From Podarcis liolepis (lineage: Eukaryota), in the NCBI GenBank assembly GCA_965112155.1, contig OZ218098.1: a DNA stretch of 64,000 nucleotides. The stretch is one strand, 5' to 3'. The notes below the pieces were generated by a model. The model saw nothing but the letters and a program-made list of their open reading frames with translations. It searched no databases and was not told the DNA's origin. Position 1 is the first letter of the stretch; each line of letters starts with the position of its first letter. Made by a program: the position numbers and the translations under genes. This document shows, in pieces, positions 41,107 to 55,515 of this stretch.

Positions 41107-44100
41107 CTCTGCTTAGGCTAGTTGTACAGTTACCAGCACATTGATTTTCATGACAGAAAGGGCCAACTGCAGGCCATGCAGAGTTTCCTGTTATCAAGCC
41201 ATTGAATTAAAGTGTTAATAGTGGCATTGTGAATCTGCTTACATTTGAGGGCATGCTAAGATGAGATCCTAATGCAGCTGTTGGCTGGCACACTCCAACT
41301 TCACAAAAAAATGACAGAATTTGTCACTGCCAAATGCTTGCTGCCTCTTGACAAATTCCTTTAATCATGATGGTGCTGAAGAGTGGAGCAGGATACATGA
41401 AGCTATTGCTGTTACCAGGATATAAAGTGCTACAAACATGCACCTTAGTTTGAATAAAACAAAAATGTTGTGGCCTTTTTTCTTTAAGAGGGAAAGAAGA
41501 GGTTAAGATTTGCAGTAGACTTCCCTAGTGCTGCATTAGCTGAGAATTGTATATCTTTTTAAAAGTGTGAAGTCCTCGCCTTCCAGTCATGCCAAAGAAT
41601 CCTATCTATGCCAGTGGAAAACTAAAACAATTTACCTCAGCAAGTGGGATCATATCAAATGATCATGAGGCATTTCATTAATCACCACATCCGAGGATTT
41701 GGGTTTCAGAGTTTTATAAGCAAAGAAACATGGGGCTTGAATCTTTCTCCAGTGTTCTTTCACAAGGCCCGACTTGCTGATGCAGGATAATTACATGGTC
41801 TAAAAATATAGCAGCATTTGTTTAAGTTAATGGAAAAGTTACACCAGTTCTAGAGTGCAGAGGCAAAGGCAGATTGGGTTTCCTGCTGACTGTCATAAAT
41901 GCTTTGCATATTAGAGCAGAACTTTTCTAACTGGGAACTGCTATTCCTGAATATAAATATTGGGAATAGTATAATTGCTCCTTTAAATCCCCTTGGTCAA
42001 AAGTGTCTTCATGAATAGGCTTGATGTTCTCTGAAGCATATCTAAAATATTTTTAAAGACCAAGAACCCCTAGAGAAAACCATTGTTTAATAAAGGTGAT
42101 GTGAAGATTCTCAACTTGATAGCAATAAGTGTACCATAGATACCAACATGCATATCATAGTGATAGAGCACCTTCAATATAACAGATGCTGATAACAAAA
42201 TAATGTTGTAGTTCTCTGGAGATATTTACTGCAATTATTTGGATTACTATTTCATCTCCTTAAATCTGTGAATGACTGAAATTATCCTATCCATTTGTTT
42301 TGCGCATAATTGACTAAAAAATAACACCCAGGATATTCACAGAGGAAAGCTCTTATAATTAAGCATACAGTAAAGAGTCACTGTCACTGCATCCACCTTA
42401 GCTTCTAATTTCCTGGCTTTGTGGATCTTGAGCCAAAATGAAATAGACTTAAGTCTAGCCATAAATTGATGGTTTTTTTTTTTTAAAAAAAGTTGAGTCT
42501 TCAAGCTCTACAACTAATCCAGAATGCGGCAGCTAGACTGGTGACTGGGAGCGGCCGCCGAGACCATATAACACCGGTCTTGAAAGACCTACATTGGCTC
42601 CCAGTATGTTTCCGAGCACAATTCAAAGTGTTGGTGCTGACCTTTAAAGCCCTAAACGGCCTCGGTCCAGTATATCTGAAGGAGCGTCTCCACCCCCATC
42701 GTTCTGCCCGGACACTGAGGTCCAGCTCTGAGGGCCTTCTGGCGGTTCCCTCACTGGGAGAGGCCAAGTTACAGGGAACCAGGCAGAGGGCCTTCTCGGT
42801 AGTGGCGCCCGCCCTGTGGAACGCCCTCCCACCAGATGTCAAAGCGATAAACAACTACCTGACATTCAGAAGACATCTGAAGGCAGCCCTGTTCAGGGAA
42901 GTTTTTAATATGTGACATTTTAGTGTATTTTTCATCTTTGTTGGAAGCTGCCCAGAGTGGCTGGGGAAACCCAGCCAGATGGGCGGGGTACAAATAATAA
43001 ATTATTATTATTATTATACATGAAAGTTCCATCATTTAAATTTGGTTGTCGTGTTCCACAAAGCATGTTGCTGGACTGTAACCGTTGACAACATGGCCTA
43101 TTTATTTTGCAATAAAGGTCCCACAGCAGAAAGCGTTAGCTTCTAGGTACTGTGTATTTTAACCTCTATTGATTTCTCTTTTATACTGAGAAGCCTTCTA
43201 TGCACAGAATTATGTTCCCTTGTACAACCTACCTTCATTGCATTGAAGGGAATTGTTTTAGATTTATTATTTAGCCAACAACATATTTTTTACCTCAAAC
43301 TATAGTATATATCCTTTTTTTTTTGCTATAGTTATTTTGCTATCCAGAATAAGCAAATTTATGCAGTGATACAGCTGCAGTTTCAGAGTTGTTTGTCATA
43401 TCAAGTGCCATGATCGTCGTACAGAGCATTGCTCCCTAATCAAGTAAGGATTGTGCTATTCACTATATAGAAAACAAATGACTGAACTTTAACAGATGGC
43501 ATTAGGTTTCTTTTCAATTTCATGGCTAGTTGTTTTTTTTTTACAGAGAAATGTGTCTGGTCTGGTGCAGAGCCATGACCTGAATGATCAGTAATAGCAC
43601 ATCATTCTTTTGTTGTGAGTTAATTGCAGAGGCATCCAGAAACAGTACAGCAGTGTAATGCCCAGCTATTAATTAAGTGAATGCACCCAAAACAGAATTA
43701 AGAAGAATGGAATGGAAATTGCTAATTAGGGTTGCATGGTGATACACAAATAGCATTTCTCAGCAGAAATCAAATATAGCACTTCAGCTAGGTAGGTTTT
43801 GTAAAACCTGACTTATAGCAGCTCTCCAATATCTTACAAATGTTTCCGAGCCCTGCTCCCTAGGATCTTTTTTCACATGAGAATCCAGGAATGGAACTCA
43901 GAACTGTATCAGTTGAAATTATGTACATATAAGAAATGAATTCAAATCGCTGTCATCAATAAGATTATGAAAGAGAAAGATTTGTCTGATTTCAGCTGAC
44001 TTTATAAAATGTTCATTGTCATTTTCCAGCAAATGCCAGATATTCCCTTTCAAAATTCCCCAAATTCATCCCTGCAATTTGTAGTTCACATTGGATTCCA

Positions 44101-47100
44101 ATGCTTCCCAGTCTCAACACGTACCTTAAAATGGAAGCCTCCACTGCCACAAAGCCTTCCTAATTCCATCCTCCTCCCTCATCTCAAGAGGAAGTTTGGA
44201 AAAGGGAATGGTGGACTTCAAGTATAATGGGTCTAAATGATCCCATCCTAAATTATCGTGTATGAATGAATGAGTCATGCTTAGTACAAATGGAGTATAG
44301 GCAACTTCACTCATTACTAGCTGGATTCCTTTATTTTTGACATTTCCTTGTGTATATGTTTTTTACACAAAGGTACACTCGAAAAATGTTTCACTGGCAC
44401 TCTAAAATGGTACAGTCTAGGAGCTGTGCTACATGATATTTCTTACTTGTAGGAAAGCTCCCATGAATAAAAATTGTAATGTGAGAAACTGTTCTAAATA
44501 TGACTTGGAAAGAAATTTATCTCTCACTCTGTGTGTGTTCATGTGTGCGTGCAATGCCCTTTCACAACATTGCACTGGGAATTACTTTAAATTTTTTTGA
44601 GGTATCAATACCATACTTGGTCCATTTAATGTTGCATTGTGTACAGCCCACACTCTGCCACCCCAAAGCATGCAACCATTTGGAGATAAAACTTCCTAGG
44701 AATTAAAATGCTCTACTGCTTGTGAAGAAAGAAAGCACTTTTGCGGGCACTTGAAACTCAGCCGGGATTGCTGTATACTATAAATAAATAGTATCAGCAA
44801 CCTAAGTTGCTGTGTTTGTAATATGAAAGCATTCCTTCCAACTGAGACAAACATAAAGGAACTCAGCACTGGATCACCCAGAGATGTAAGCCTCTTCAGT
44901 TAAGTGCAATGTGAGGACATTTAAGGAAACTGCCTCTACCTTATGAGATACTGAAAAGTCCATCAATTGTTTCTGTAGTCATTAAAAATTAAGATTGCTT
45001 CTTGCTGAAAACATTGGATTTCCAACATTTGTCTGTTGTATAACCTGTATGATCCAATACCTGTGGCTCAAAGCACTGTCTACATTAGGCATCACTCATT
45101 GTGAAATACATAAAATCAGTTCAATAAGGAGTGATCATTTGATGCATAGAGGTCTAAGTAAAACTAGAATATGTATGTGTATACATATTACATTAAAACT
45201 TTTAAATTCTATTTCTAGATACCAAGTTTAAATTTCTAGCTCACTCAACATGTGAGTGGCGCTATGATGTTTGTGCAAGCCCTTGTTTCAAAACATGCAG
45301 AGATCCTTTGGCAGAACGCTGTCAAACTGTTCCAAAGTAAGTATCTACATTTTTTTTAACAACATTCTTTCTAATAGTAACTTCAGGTGGTTGAGTGCCT
45401 CTCAATTTGGAAATGTAACAGGTCCATCTGTAGAGAACTGTGCAGTTTCTACATACACAGGAGAATGCAACTTTGTAAATGAAAAGAAAAACAACACATA
45501 TTCAGCAGCTTGAAACCACCTTTAATTTCCAGATTGTATGGAATACTTATAGCAGTTGAGCGGGGGGGGGGGGGGGAAAGGGCACAAAGCAGAAGTGGAG
45601 ACAACTTTTTCAGCCCAAGTTGTGGGGGGGCAGACAGCAGTGTGGACAATAGTAGGTGAAGCACAGAAGTAAAAACTTATCAAATATAAAAACATAATAG
45701 AGCTCTCAGTCTGAATTTCCTGTATGAAGGAAGGTAAGATACTGATGGCATAGTTGGTAATTCAGACTAGGAGCCCTGTTGTAATATGGAGCAATACCAT
45801 TTTCTAATTTAATGTTTGTAATTTTGCAACTTATCTCCTTCCTGTGCCAAAAACATGTGTCCATCTGACTGAGCTGCCTCTTTCCATTCCAGCACATCTG
45901 TCCTTCATTCAATACTTCATAATTCTTCTTGGTCAAGAGGCCTACCCCAGCTAATGTTTGTTATCCCCTCTCCCATACCCCTGGGTCACAAATTGCCATA
46001 CCAACTCATGGCAACTAAAAATACCTTGTTGCATTCTCCCTATCTTTCCTCCTAAATAGAACTTCCCCCCACTTATACGGAATAAAATTATGCTCTAATG
46101 GAGGAAGCAGCCAGGTTCATAACTATAGTATTAGAAAAGTAGGAGTGCCATCCTGAGCAGCAATTACACTGGCCAAGCATTCACTGCAGGAGTAAGAGAG
46201 ATATTTTTCATATGAAAGAGGTAAAGGATATTGGTCATGACATTGACTGTATGCATAGTCTCACTTAAAGATGTTATTAATAACTGGCCTTGACTTCTGA
46301 GATTTAGAATCACACCTTTAATATCCAGTGGCCTGGACAAAACAACCTCTCCAATCGCTTCTGTTCTTGCCTCAGCTTTTCCATGCAAGGCAAATTTTTG
46401 GAAGGGCTCTGATGGGCCATCAGTGTTGGTATAAACAAACAAGGAACACAATTTTGTACAAGCATGTAGAGGCTTTCTGCCAGCTCTAAATGGAAGTATT
46501 CATCATTGGAGAAGCATATGTTTTTGTTCCAAAGGTTACATCACATTGTTCATGAATCAGCAGGATGGCACATTAGGTCAGCCACAATGTAAGCCTATCA
46601 CAGAAACTGTGACAACAACCTGACATTTCTGCATCTTAAATGATTAAGAAATTAATAATGTAATTCACAAGCATTTAAAATAGCTTGACTGAAGTGCAGA
46701 CTAAAACAGGTTTAAGTGCAAGTATCAGGTGTTTTGTCAACTGGGCTCCTAAGGATATTATTCAATCCCTCTCATTCATCTCCACATGCTGTTATGTGAA
46801 TAGTTACATCATCATCATTATTATTATTTTCTCTTTTAGAGTGGAAGGATGTGTTCCCATGTGCCCTTCACATATGGTTCTGGACGAAGTCACTCAAAGA
46901 TGTGTCTATTTTGAAGACTGTACGTAGAACACATTTCATATTACATTTAGATAAAATTCAAAATACAGTGCTACGATTCCTTTCAGTATCTTGTACACAC
47001 AGGGTTCAGGAACTCGATCGTGGGCCTAATAACACCCCCTTCCCACTTCTTCCTAACCATTACAAGTCCCCTGCTAGTTTAGTTCCATTCGCTTTTGTAG

Positions 47101-50100
47101 TCCATCAGCCACAGCTAGCTTTCTAAGGGATCTAGGGGGAAAATGCATGTCAATCCCCATAATATACCATTCTTAAAATCTTCTATTCCTTGAAGAACTT
47201 CAGGATAGCATACAAAGAGTTATCCCATTTCCCCAATAAACAATCCTGTCAAGTAGGATAGGCTGAAAAATGTTACCTAGTAACTTCATGGCTGAGCAGG
47301 GATGGAACTGGGTCCAAGTCCAACATGCTATCCACTATATGACTTCCATTAGTTTTCTTCTGACTGGAGTAGACGTATGGAAATATGTGTTACTCCAGAA
47401 AAGGAACTGCCTGGGAATAAGAACATATATTCTGAAGGTTACCTTACTTGGTATACATGAAAAGTTGTTTTTATCCAAAGCCTTCACAACATACATAGGC
47501 AGTCATAGAAATCATTACATTTACATTTTTGTGATGTCAAATTGAGTTTTGAAACATTAAAATTGAACCAAGTTTTTCCCATTTTAAAACATAATTTCCT
47601 GACCAAGAAGACTTGTTAAAGTTGGAAATTGTTTCTTTAATACTGTTCTTCACATTTATTCTTTTTGGTGCATATGTATGAGCCTATATTATTACAGGTC
47701 CGGAAAGTAGCACCCATGTTTGTCTTATTTCAGGCATTGAACCTACAGCTGATGTTCAAATTCTGTCATCCACTGTAAAGACACATACAACGTCTGGGGC
47801 TCATCAAACTTCTGCAACAATGCTGAGTAAAGAACTAACTTTATCTCCTAGGCCAATATCAAAGGACAGAGAAACAACACAGGCATTCAAGTGGCAATTT
47901 ACTCCAACTAAATTTTCTTCTCTTTTGTTGCCAAATATCACAGTTTTAGCCATATCTGCAACATCAAATGCTTCAACATACTCAGCTTTTGGTACCAGCT
48001 CAATGCCAGTAGTTTCACACCCAGTATCTGATATTAGCCTCCCTTTTGCTGTTCCTCCACCTACAACTGTGGCAGTTACGGAGTCTTTGCCTGGTAAACA
48101 GACAAGTAGTACAACACTCCCTTCTGTATCTATAGCAACTGAATCAGAAATTAAATTAATTTCTACTTCACCTATTATTGTGCTGCCATCAATGCTTACA
48201 GTTGCTAAATCACCAGCCATAACTAAAATAGCACTGGATAAAAAAGTAACAGGTGCTCAACTTCCCCCAACAGAGGAAGCAGAAAGAAGACTTGAAGGTA
48301 TTACAGAAGGCAAGATTTCTTCAACACCAAAGACAGAAAGAACAAGTCAATTTTTTACCAAAGCCCCATTGCCATCTTTGGAAATGTCTTCCTATGCCCC
48401 CACAGTGAATCAAACAACAGACAGAACAATGCTGGGTGTAAGTCAACTGACTGTGACAGATGCAAATATCACTGTAGCTCTGTTTTCTACTTTATCTACT
48501 GTTTTATCAACGGTAAGGCCTGTTGGAAAGCCAATTCCTTCAGAAACAACAAAAACAACAGTTGCTTTAATCAAAGAAGGAGTTAAAACCACATTTATTA
48601 CAGTACCTCCAGCACTAACGCAACCCACCACCACAGTCCCAACACATACAAGTGGTTTTCCAGTTTCTACTGTTAAAAAGGAAATAGCACAAACAACATC
48701 AAGCATTATGCACCCCCCAAGTACTTTTTCTCATTTATATTCAGCTACGACTCAAAGACGTAGTACTTCTGCCAAACTACCTGGAGTGCCTGGTACAACT
48801 TTGCCAACTTTAATAGACTCAAAAGAATTTTTAGAGACAGGATTGACAAGTGCATATTCACCATTTATTCAGCCAAATGTGACAGAAGCAATGACTGCTC
48901 TGTATACCCAGTATCCCACTTCATCACACGCTATGACAGTTACACCCCTCTCTACCAAAATAAGTTCTAAAATAACAATTCTGCCAGAATCAGTTACCGA
49001 TAAAACATCAACAGAATACAGAATACCTTCGTCCCTGGAAACTACAAAAGTGAGTGTTTTACCCTATTCTATTGGTGTGACAAAAGTGGAAACAGCAAAA
49101 TCTGATTTGACAAAGGAAGCCGCAGCTATGGGTGTCCTAGTTCCATTGGTAACTAAAAAAATTGAACCAGTTCAAACAACTGAATTTCTGCATCCTATGA
49201 CTGATACAGAAAGAGTGATATTGTACCCTGGCACAGCAGAGTCAGAAAAAGCCACTGCAGAGTCAGAAAAAACCACTACAAAAAAACCTTCCATTATTTT
49301 GCTTCCAGGGTCCATTTCTACAGCAAAGAGTCTGATGGCGTCATCACCTGAAGTGCGAGTTACCAGTGCTGATACTCACCATCCAATAACAGCAAAGTCT
49401 ACATCATTTTTTTCAGAGTCTCCTCTTACTACAAAGCTGCTAAGCACAGTTGCTCCAGAATTGTCAATAACAGAAGCTTTAGGTGCCACTGATACTACTA
49501 TACGGCCATACTCTGAACTGAGCAGCCAGCCATCAACTATTAAAGAAGTAGCACCAACCAAAGTAGTATCAACCCTCTCTACCTCTATTGCTCATCCTCT
49601 AACAACACTTCCAACCACACTTTACCTGGCAGAGAAAACAGTTCTCCCATTAACACAAAAAATACCTGAAACAGCAGCCACTGCAGGGCAGCTAATTGAT
49701 ATAACACAACCATCTATAACTTCCAAGGCTACTTCATCTGTTCCTACTTCTCCAATGGAAAGGTTTTCTTCCCGTATGAAAGAAGAATCCACTGTTCCAC
49801 ATTTTATCCCCCAAACGACAGGAAAACTTGATTATTCACCACCTTCTAAAGATTACTTAACAACCAAGGGAAGTACTGCAGCCTATCATTTTCCAGTTGA
49901 ACTGTTGAGAACAAGTATCCACCCCCAAATTGTTTTTAGTACAACAGAGTCAGCAACCAAATTTGCAGTGCCCTCCACATTCCAAAGTACTCCACTACCA
50001 GGGATTCCTCTTTCTACTGTATCACTCACTTCAGTGTTTTCACCAGAAGTTCCTTTAACAAGTGAAAAAAAAGTAACCCAAACAGGTCTTTTGCCATTGT

Positions 50101-53100
50101 CTACAATAAAAGAAGTAGTGGAATTATTTCCTACTGAAAAGTCAAAACTTGAGCTCCCTACCACAAAGAAAGCACTGACTCCTTCTCAAACACTTACAGC
50201 ATCTACTACTTTATTTCATGAATCAGAACCAGCATCTCCTTCATTGTTTATACTGGAAGTACCAGAAACCTCAGCTGTGAGTCCAACAGACAAACAAGAG
50301 GTGGCATTTTTAACACCAATACAATCAACAGCATTTACATCTATGAGCAAAAGTGCCACAGAGAAGATTTCTGTTTTGTCTAAGCAAGTGCCACTTTCTA
50401 CCATTTCTTTCAGTTCAACACTCCCTGCGTCTAGAGTGACACCAGCCACCCCACATTTAACAACTACGACTGAGTCAGCACTGCTTGGGATCAGTGGTCT
50501 CACAACACGGAGTGTCACTAAATCATTAGCAGAAAAGACAGCAGGGATAAAAGAATTCATGACAACATCCTTATTTTCAGTGCCTTCCATTGCTTTAGAA
50601 ACAAAGAGCATCACATTGTCAGAGACTGATGGGCAATTAGTGGTTACAAAGCTTCCTGTATCACATCCGCTCACTGAACATTCATCTACCTCTCCAGCTT
50701 CACTTGGTTCTACTGTCCTAACTACAATAGCCAAAGAACCATCTGCCACGGAGATGTCCACACCTTCATCAAGTTCTTTGTTGATACCACCACTACCTCC
50801 AAATGCTACAGGAGTCATCCCAGTTCCCACATATTTATCAGGATTAACCACTGTTGAAATGGTCTCAGGAGTTACAGCAGCAGCTTTCATGCCATCTAAA
50901 GAAACAGCAACACCGCCAACATGTGTAGTGAGTACCATAGATAATTCCCCCCACCATATGAGTGATTTCTGTATCATATATATAACTTTTGGGTCTCATT
51001 TACTGATGGATATGAAATGAAGGTGGCTTGGTTCCTAACTGCTCATGGAGTGACATATTTTTGCCTCTTTATCTCACTTTGTGACATGAAATTCATCTCA
51101 TCACAGTGGCCTGCATTGTGGTATAGAGATGGAGAACTTTCAACAATATTCTGGGACATACATATGTTTGTAGAATGTAAGTTACATTTAAGAAGTCAAA
51201 GCTTTAGCTCAGATTATAAAACTCACTATCAACCCACTAATCCAGAAGTTGCTTTGTATGTTTCAAAAATAATTTGCAAGATATAATTACAGATTCTAGT
51301 TATCATTAAGAATTGATACATTGATAAGCTAGTCTATTAGGGCCATGCCTGCCACTAATCTGTATTTAGCAGAACATCTTTCTTTTCTTTTCTTTTCTTT
51401 TCTTTTCTTTTCTTTTCTTTTCTTTTCTTTTCTTTTCTTTTCTTTTCTTTTTTAAAAAAGCCCTCACTATGCTATATGATATTCTAGCAATTATTGTCAC
51501 ATTATTCTCCAGGTTCAATTAATTATGAAAGGTAGTTGTGTATAGTGTGAGAAAATCTGACTGTTGTTTGCTCTGATTCAGCAGTTAACATGTATTGCCA
51601 ACACTCATAAGTGTCAATTAGCACAACCAAAGTTTATTACATCACACTGAGCTTATAAAGTTGTCATATGCTTTAATTCTAGATATTTTACAGACCATCT
51701 CCTCTACTGCATGATCTGCATCTCTTTGACCAGCCTCTTAATATTGCTCTCCATGTGTAAAATATTATTAATGAAAGAATGCAAATTATGTATTCTGAGT
51801 AGCTGATCCCCTGAGTAACTTTGGTCTTTAGACGCTTGTCCCAAATAGCAAGGCAACATAATCCTTGAAATATGTCCATACTGTCAAATTTATAATGTTC
51901 CATGACTATCCTCAGTTTCCAGTTTTTCCTTTTTATTATATTGATTCATTGCATTGATCTGTGTGCCATTTGAAAGATTTCATGTTTCTGCTTTTTAATG
52001 GCACTACAAGAATTGACTTGAAAAGGGCATTCAGTAGTTTGGTATACTGAACTTCTTGTTTTCAGTGAATATTTATTTATTGAATATCACCTTATTTTGA
52101 TAAGAATAGTAACCTATGTTTTCTAAATATGTCTTAGCCAATCACAGAGAATGAGTGCATAAAGCACATTTGCTTAGATGGACAACTAATCCAAGTTAAC
52201 AAATCACAGAACTGTCCATACAATGCGACACAACCCAGCTGTGGATTTCTTGGATTTGGTGTTCAGATTAATGGAGATAAATGCTGCCCCAAGTGGGAAT
52301 GTGCATGTAAGTTTTATCCATACTGTATTTATTTTAAAATTGCATTAATTTGATAGTTTGATTACGCTAAAACATTTGTGTAAATAGAACAGATAGTGAG
52401 ATTTATACATGGGCCTATTAATTGCTGACATGATGCTGATAGAAAATATTTTTAAGTATCAATTTCATAAAAAGAAATAAACATCATCATATACCACAGT
52501 AAACTAAAGAAGCAGACTAAAAAACAGAATGACTTATGTGGGATGTTGGAAATCCAAAGAACGAGAGAATAGTCACGATCCCATTACAGCAAATTTTTGT
52601 TTCCAAGGACAAGCAATAGATTTATTTATTTTTTAGGACAGAACATACAACCCTTAATGCCTGTAAATACAAAAACTGTTGAAAGATCCTTTTTCAGAAG
52701 ATCAGGTTCAGTGTCATCTTTATGTAGAGGCTTCACACAATTTATGTAATGGGTTGGATCCACAGTGTCCAGGAGTGAGTCTTACTCCTGTTTGATCAAT
52801 GTGTTTGGCTATGTTTACTGCAATATGCTCTATGTGGGGTTTCCCTTGTACTTGAGCCAGAAGCTGCAGTTAGTGCAGAATATTGCAGCATGAGAGGCCT
52901 TGTCAGCATATAACTCCTGGGCTCAGAGATTTGCACTGGTTGCCGATTTGCTACCTGAGTTCAAAGTGTAACTCAGGCACACAAAGCCCTTAACAACTTA
53001 CCTACAAGATTGCCTTACCCCACATGTGCCTCCCTGAGCAACTGGCGGAATTTACACTACAACAGGTGCCAAATAATACCAATTCCGCATGTGTAAGTAT

Positions 53101-55461
53101 TCAGTTGTTTAGTGTGGCATCACTTGCACTTGGAACTCACTGCCTATTGAGATCCAGCAGGCACCTTCACTGTATTCTTTTTGGCACCGGCAAAAAAAGG
53201 GGTTGTTCTTTAGAGAAGCCTATCTAGATGCTTAGCAAGTTGAGGTGATTTCAATATGTTTTAGGATTTTAACTTCTGTATGCTTTAAAGCAGGCAAGCC
53301 AAACTCGGCCCTCCAGCTGTTTTGGGACTACAACTCCCATCATCCTTAGCTAACAGGACCAGTGGTCAGGAATGATGGGAATTGTAGTCCCAAAACAGCT
53401 GGAGGGCCAAGTTTGGCCATGCCTGCTTCAAAGTATGGTTGTGATTTTTTTCTATATTTTATTGTTTCATCTTCTTGCAAACCACTTTGAGGTTTTTACA
53501 ATCAAGCAGTGTATAAATGTTATGAAATAAATGCATAATGAATAAGTTAAATCATTGATTTCAAGGGTCTGCTTTGACCTCATTGCAGTCAATCCTTTAT
53601 AGGTTAACGATCTGTATCTAACGTAAAGGAACTAAGCAAGCTATTTTAATGACTTAGATTCAGTTTATAGTGCTTGATCAGTAGTTAGCTGTTTATTTTA
53701 TAAAATATGTTAAATAAGTCCTTATTTTGTTTGATCAGGTCGATGCACACTCTTCTCTGATCTGAGCTTTATCACCTTTGATGGGCACCATTTGGCTTTA
53801 TTTAAGGAAGCATCCTATGTCATCAGCCAAACTCAAGATGAAACTATAAGCATCCACATCAGTGACTGCAGCAAGATTCATATGGTAATATTAGGGCCTT
53901 GTGGAATTTTGTTGTTTATTGAGTATGTCAAGGATCATAAACAAGTGCAGTTATGCTGCTGCATATAAAAGTATGCAATTTTCTGCTGTTTCACATTAAT
54001 GCAGGCATAGGCAAACTCGGCCCTCCAGCTGTTTTGGGACTACAACTCCCACCATCCCTAGCGAACAGGACCAGTGGTCAGGGATGAGGGGAATTGTAGT
54101 CTCAAAACATCTGGAGGGCCGAGTTTGCCTATGCCTGCATTAATGCAATGTGACTGATAACATTGTTTTCTGTATTCTTAAACAAACCTTAAATGTCACA
54201 CTCAATTAATGGTTTATGTAACTAGCTATATGGACCTCTCATCATCTTCAAGACTGTAGAATATAGGAGCTTTGAGGATGGGAGCTGCTCAGTTTTGCAT
54301 TTTCCAGCTCTTTAAATGTTTAAACCTATTCTAAAAAAGCAGAGGGTAGAATTATCTGGGGGAAGATTTTCTGTTGAGTATATGTATAATATATGTATGT
54401 TGCATTTAACCATGGAATAAGCTGACGTGTTGTTTTGATTTGGTTCTTATCTTCATTCAGGGCATTTTAACCTCTACCAAGCTGTGCCTGGCAATGTTAA
54501 ATTTAACATATATGTCTAACCAGATTACCATTGACCGCTTAAACAGAAAGGTAAAGTTTATTTCTTCTGTTATAATTCTCATTCAAGTATCCTATTTTAG
54601 ATTCCTAGAATTTACATGCATGTAACTTTGTTGAGAATTGTGACTCTAGTAATAGAACTGATACTTTTCAAGAGGACGACACATGTAACAGCCTTTTATT
54701 ATTTGCATTCTGCATATGCAGTAAACTTGGAACACGACTAGGAATTTTTGTGCTGTTCATATTGATTTTCTGCTTCCTGTACTACATTTTTAGAGATGAT
54801 ATTCTTTATGATCTTGTGAAGCAGCTTCTGAGAAGTTCATCTCATGTTGGCTCCGAAGAAATCACACATTTATTCACCCAGTGTCCTGAAGGCATTAGAC
54901 CAGGGGTAGGAAACCTTAGGCCTAGGAGCCAGATGTAGCCCTCAGTGCCTTTCAATATGGCCCTTGAGTCTTTGCCAAGTCACACTTGGTAAGTTTCTGC
55001 CAGGTCACACCAGGTCATCCTCTGGCCTGTCCTCTAGTGATTTTCATAGCCTGCAAGTGTCTCAGAAAAACTGAGACATCCTGTTTCTTATTGTGAGAAC
55101 AGCAGCCATTTTGGTTGCCATGATATTGTGTGATTTCTCCCCCAATAAGTGCTTTGGGGAGACCATGATCTAATGTGGCACCCCAAAATACATGTCCCAT
55201 GGCATGAAATTGGATGAGATAATGGCAACCAAAATGACCACCATGCTCTCATGATAGAAAACCGGAAGATGGCATCCGGGAAGATGGTGTCCTGGATTTT
55301 GGCTTCAAAGTGTTGGAGGACATAGATTTTATCTGCCTGGAATGTGTCCTTAAATATGATAATTCTTCTTGTCTGCCTGGATGGAAGATGGAGAGTGGTG
55401 TGTGTCTGGCTCTAACCCCTTTTGGCACACCCACCACTGGAATAATAATAATAATAATAAT

Positions 55462-55515
<54 letters not shown>

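Noticed and set aside
42493-43035. ORFs of 88-140 aa here and at 8417-8794, 61301-61995 as host genes
   Set aside because: They are L2 LINE ORF2 remnants or their antisense frames.
50216-50977. 253-aa antisense ORF (and other antisense ORFs at 47804-50164)
   Set aside because: Shadow of the Thr/Ser/Pro codon bias of the mucin exon (ACN/TCN/CCN read backwards gives V/G/S-rich, stop-poor frames); no independent gene signal.
47820-51020. 1066-aa ORF as a standalone intronless mucin gene or truncated isoform
   Set aside because: It has a phase-compatible acceptor at 47733 and a donor GTA|gtgagt at 50927 joining flanking OTOG exons; the last ~30 codons are intron read-through.
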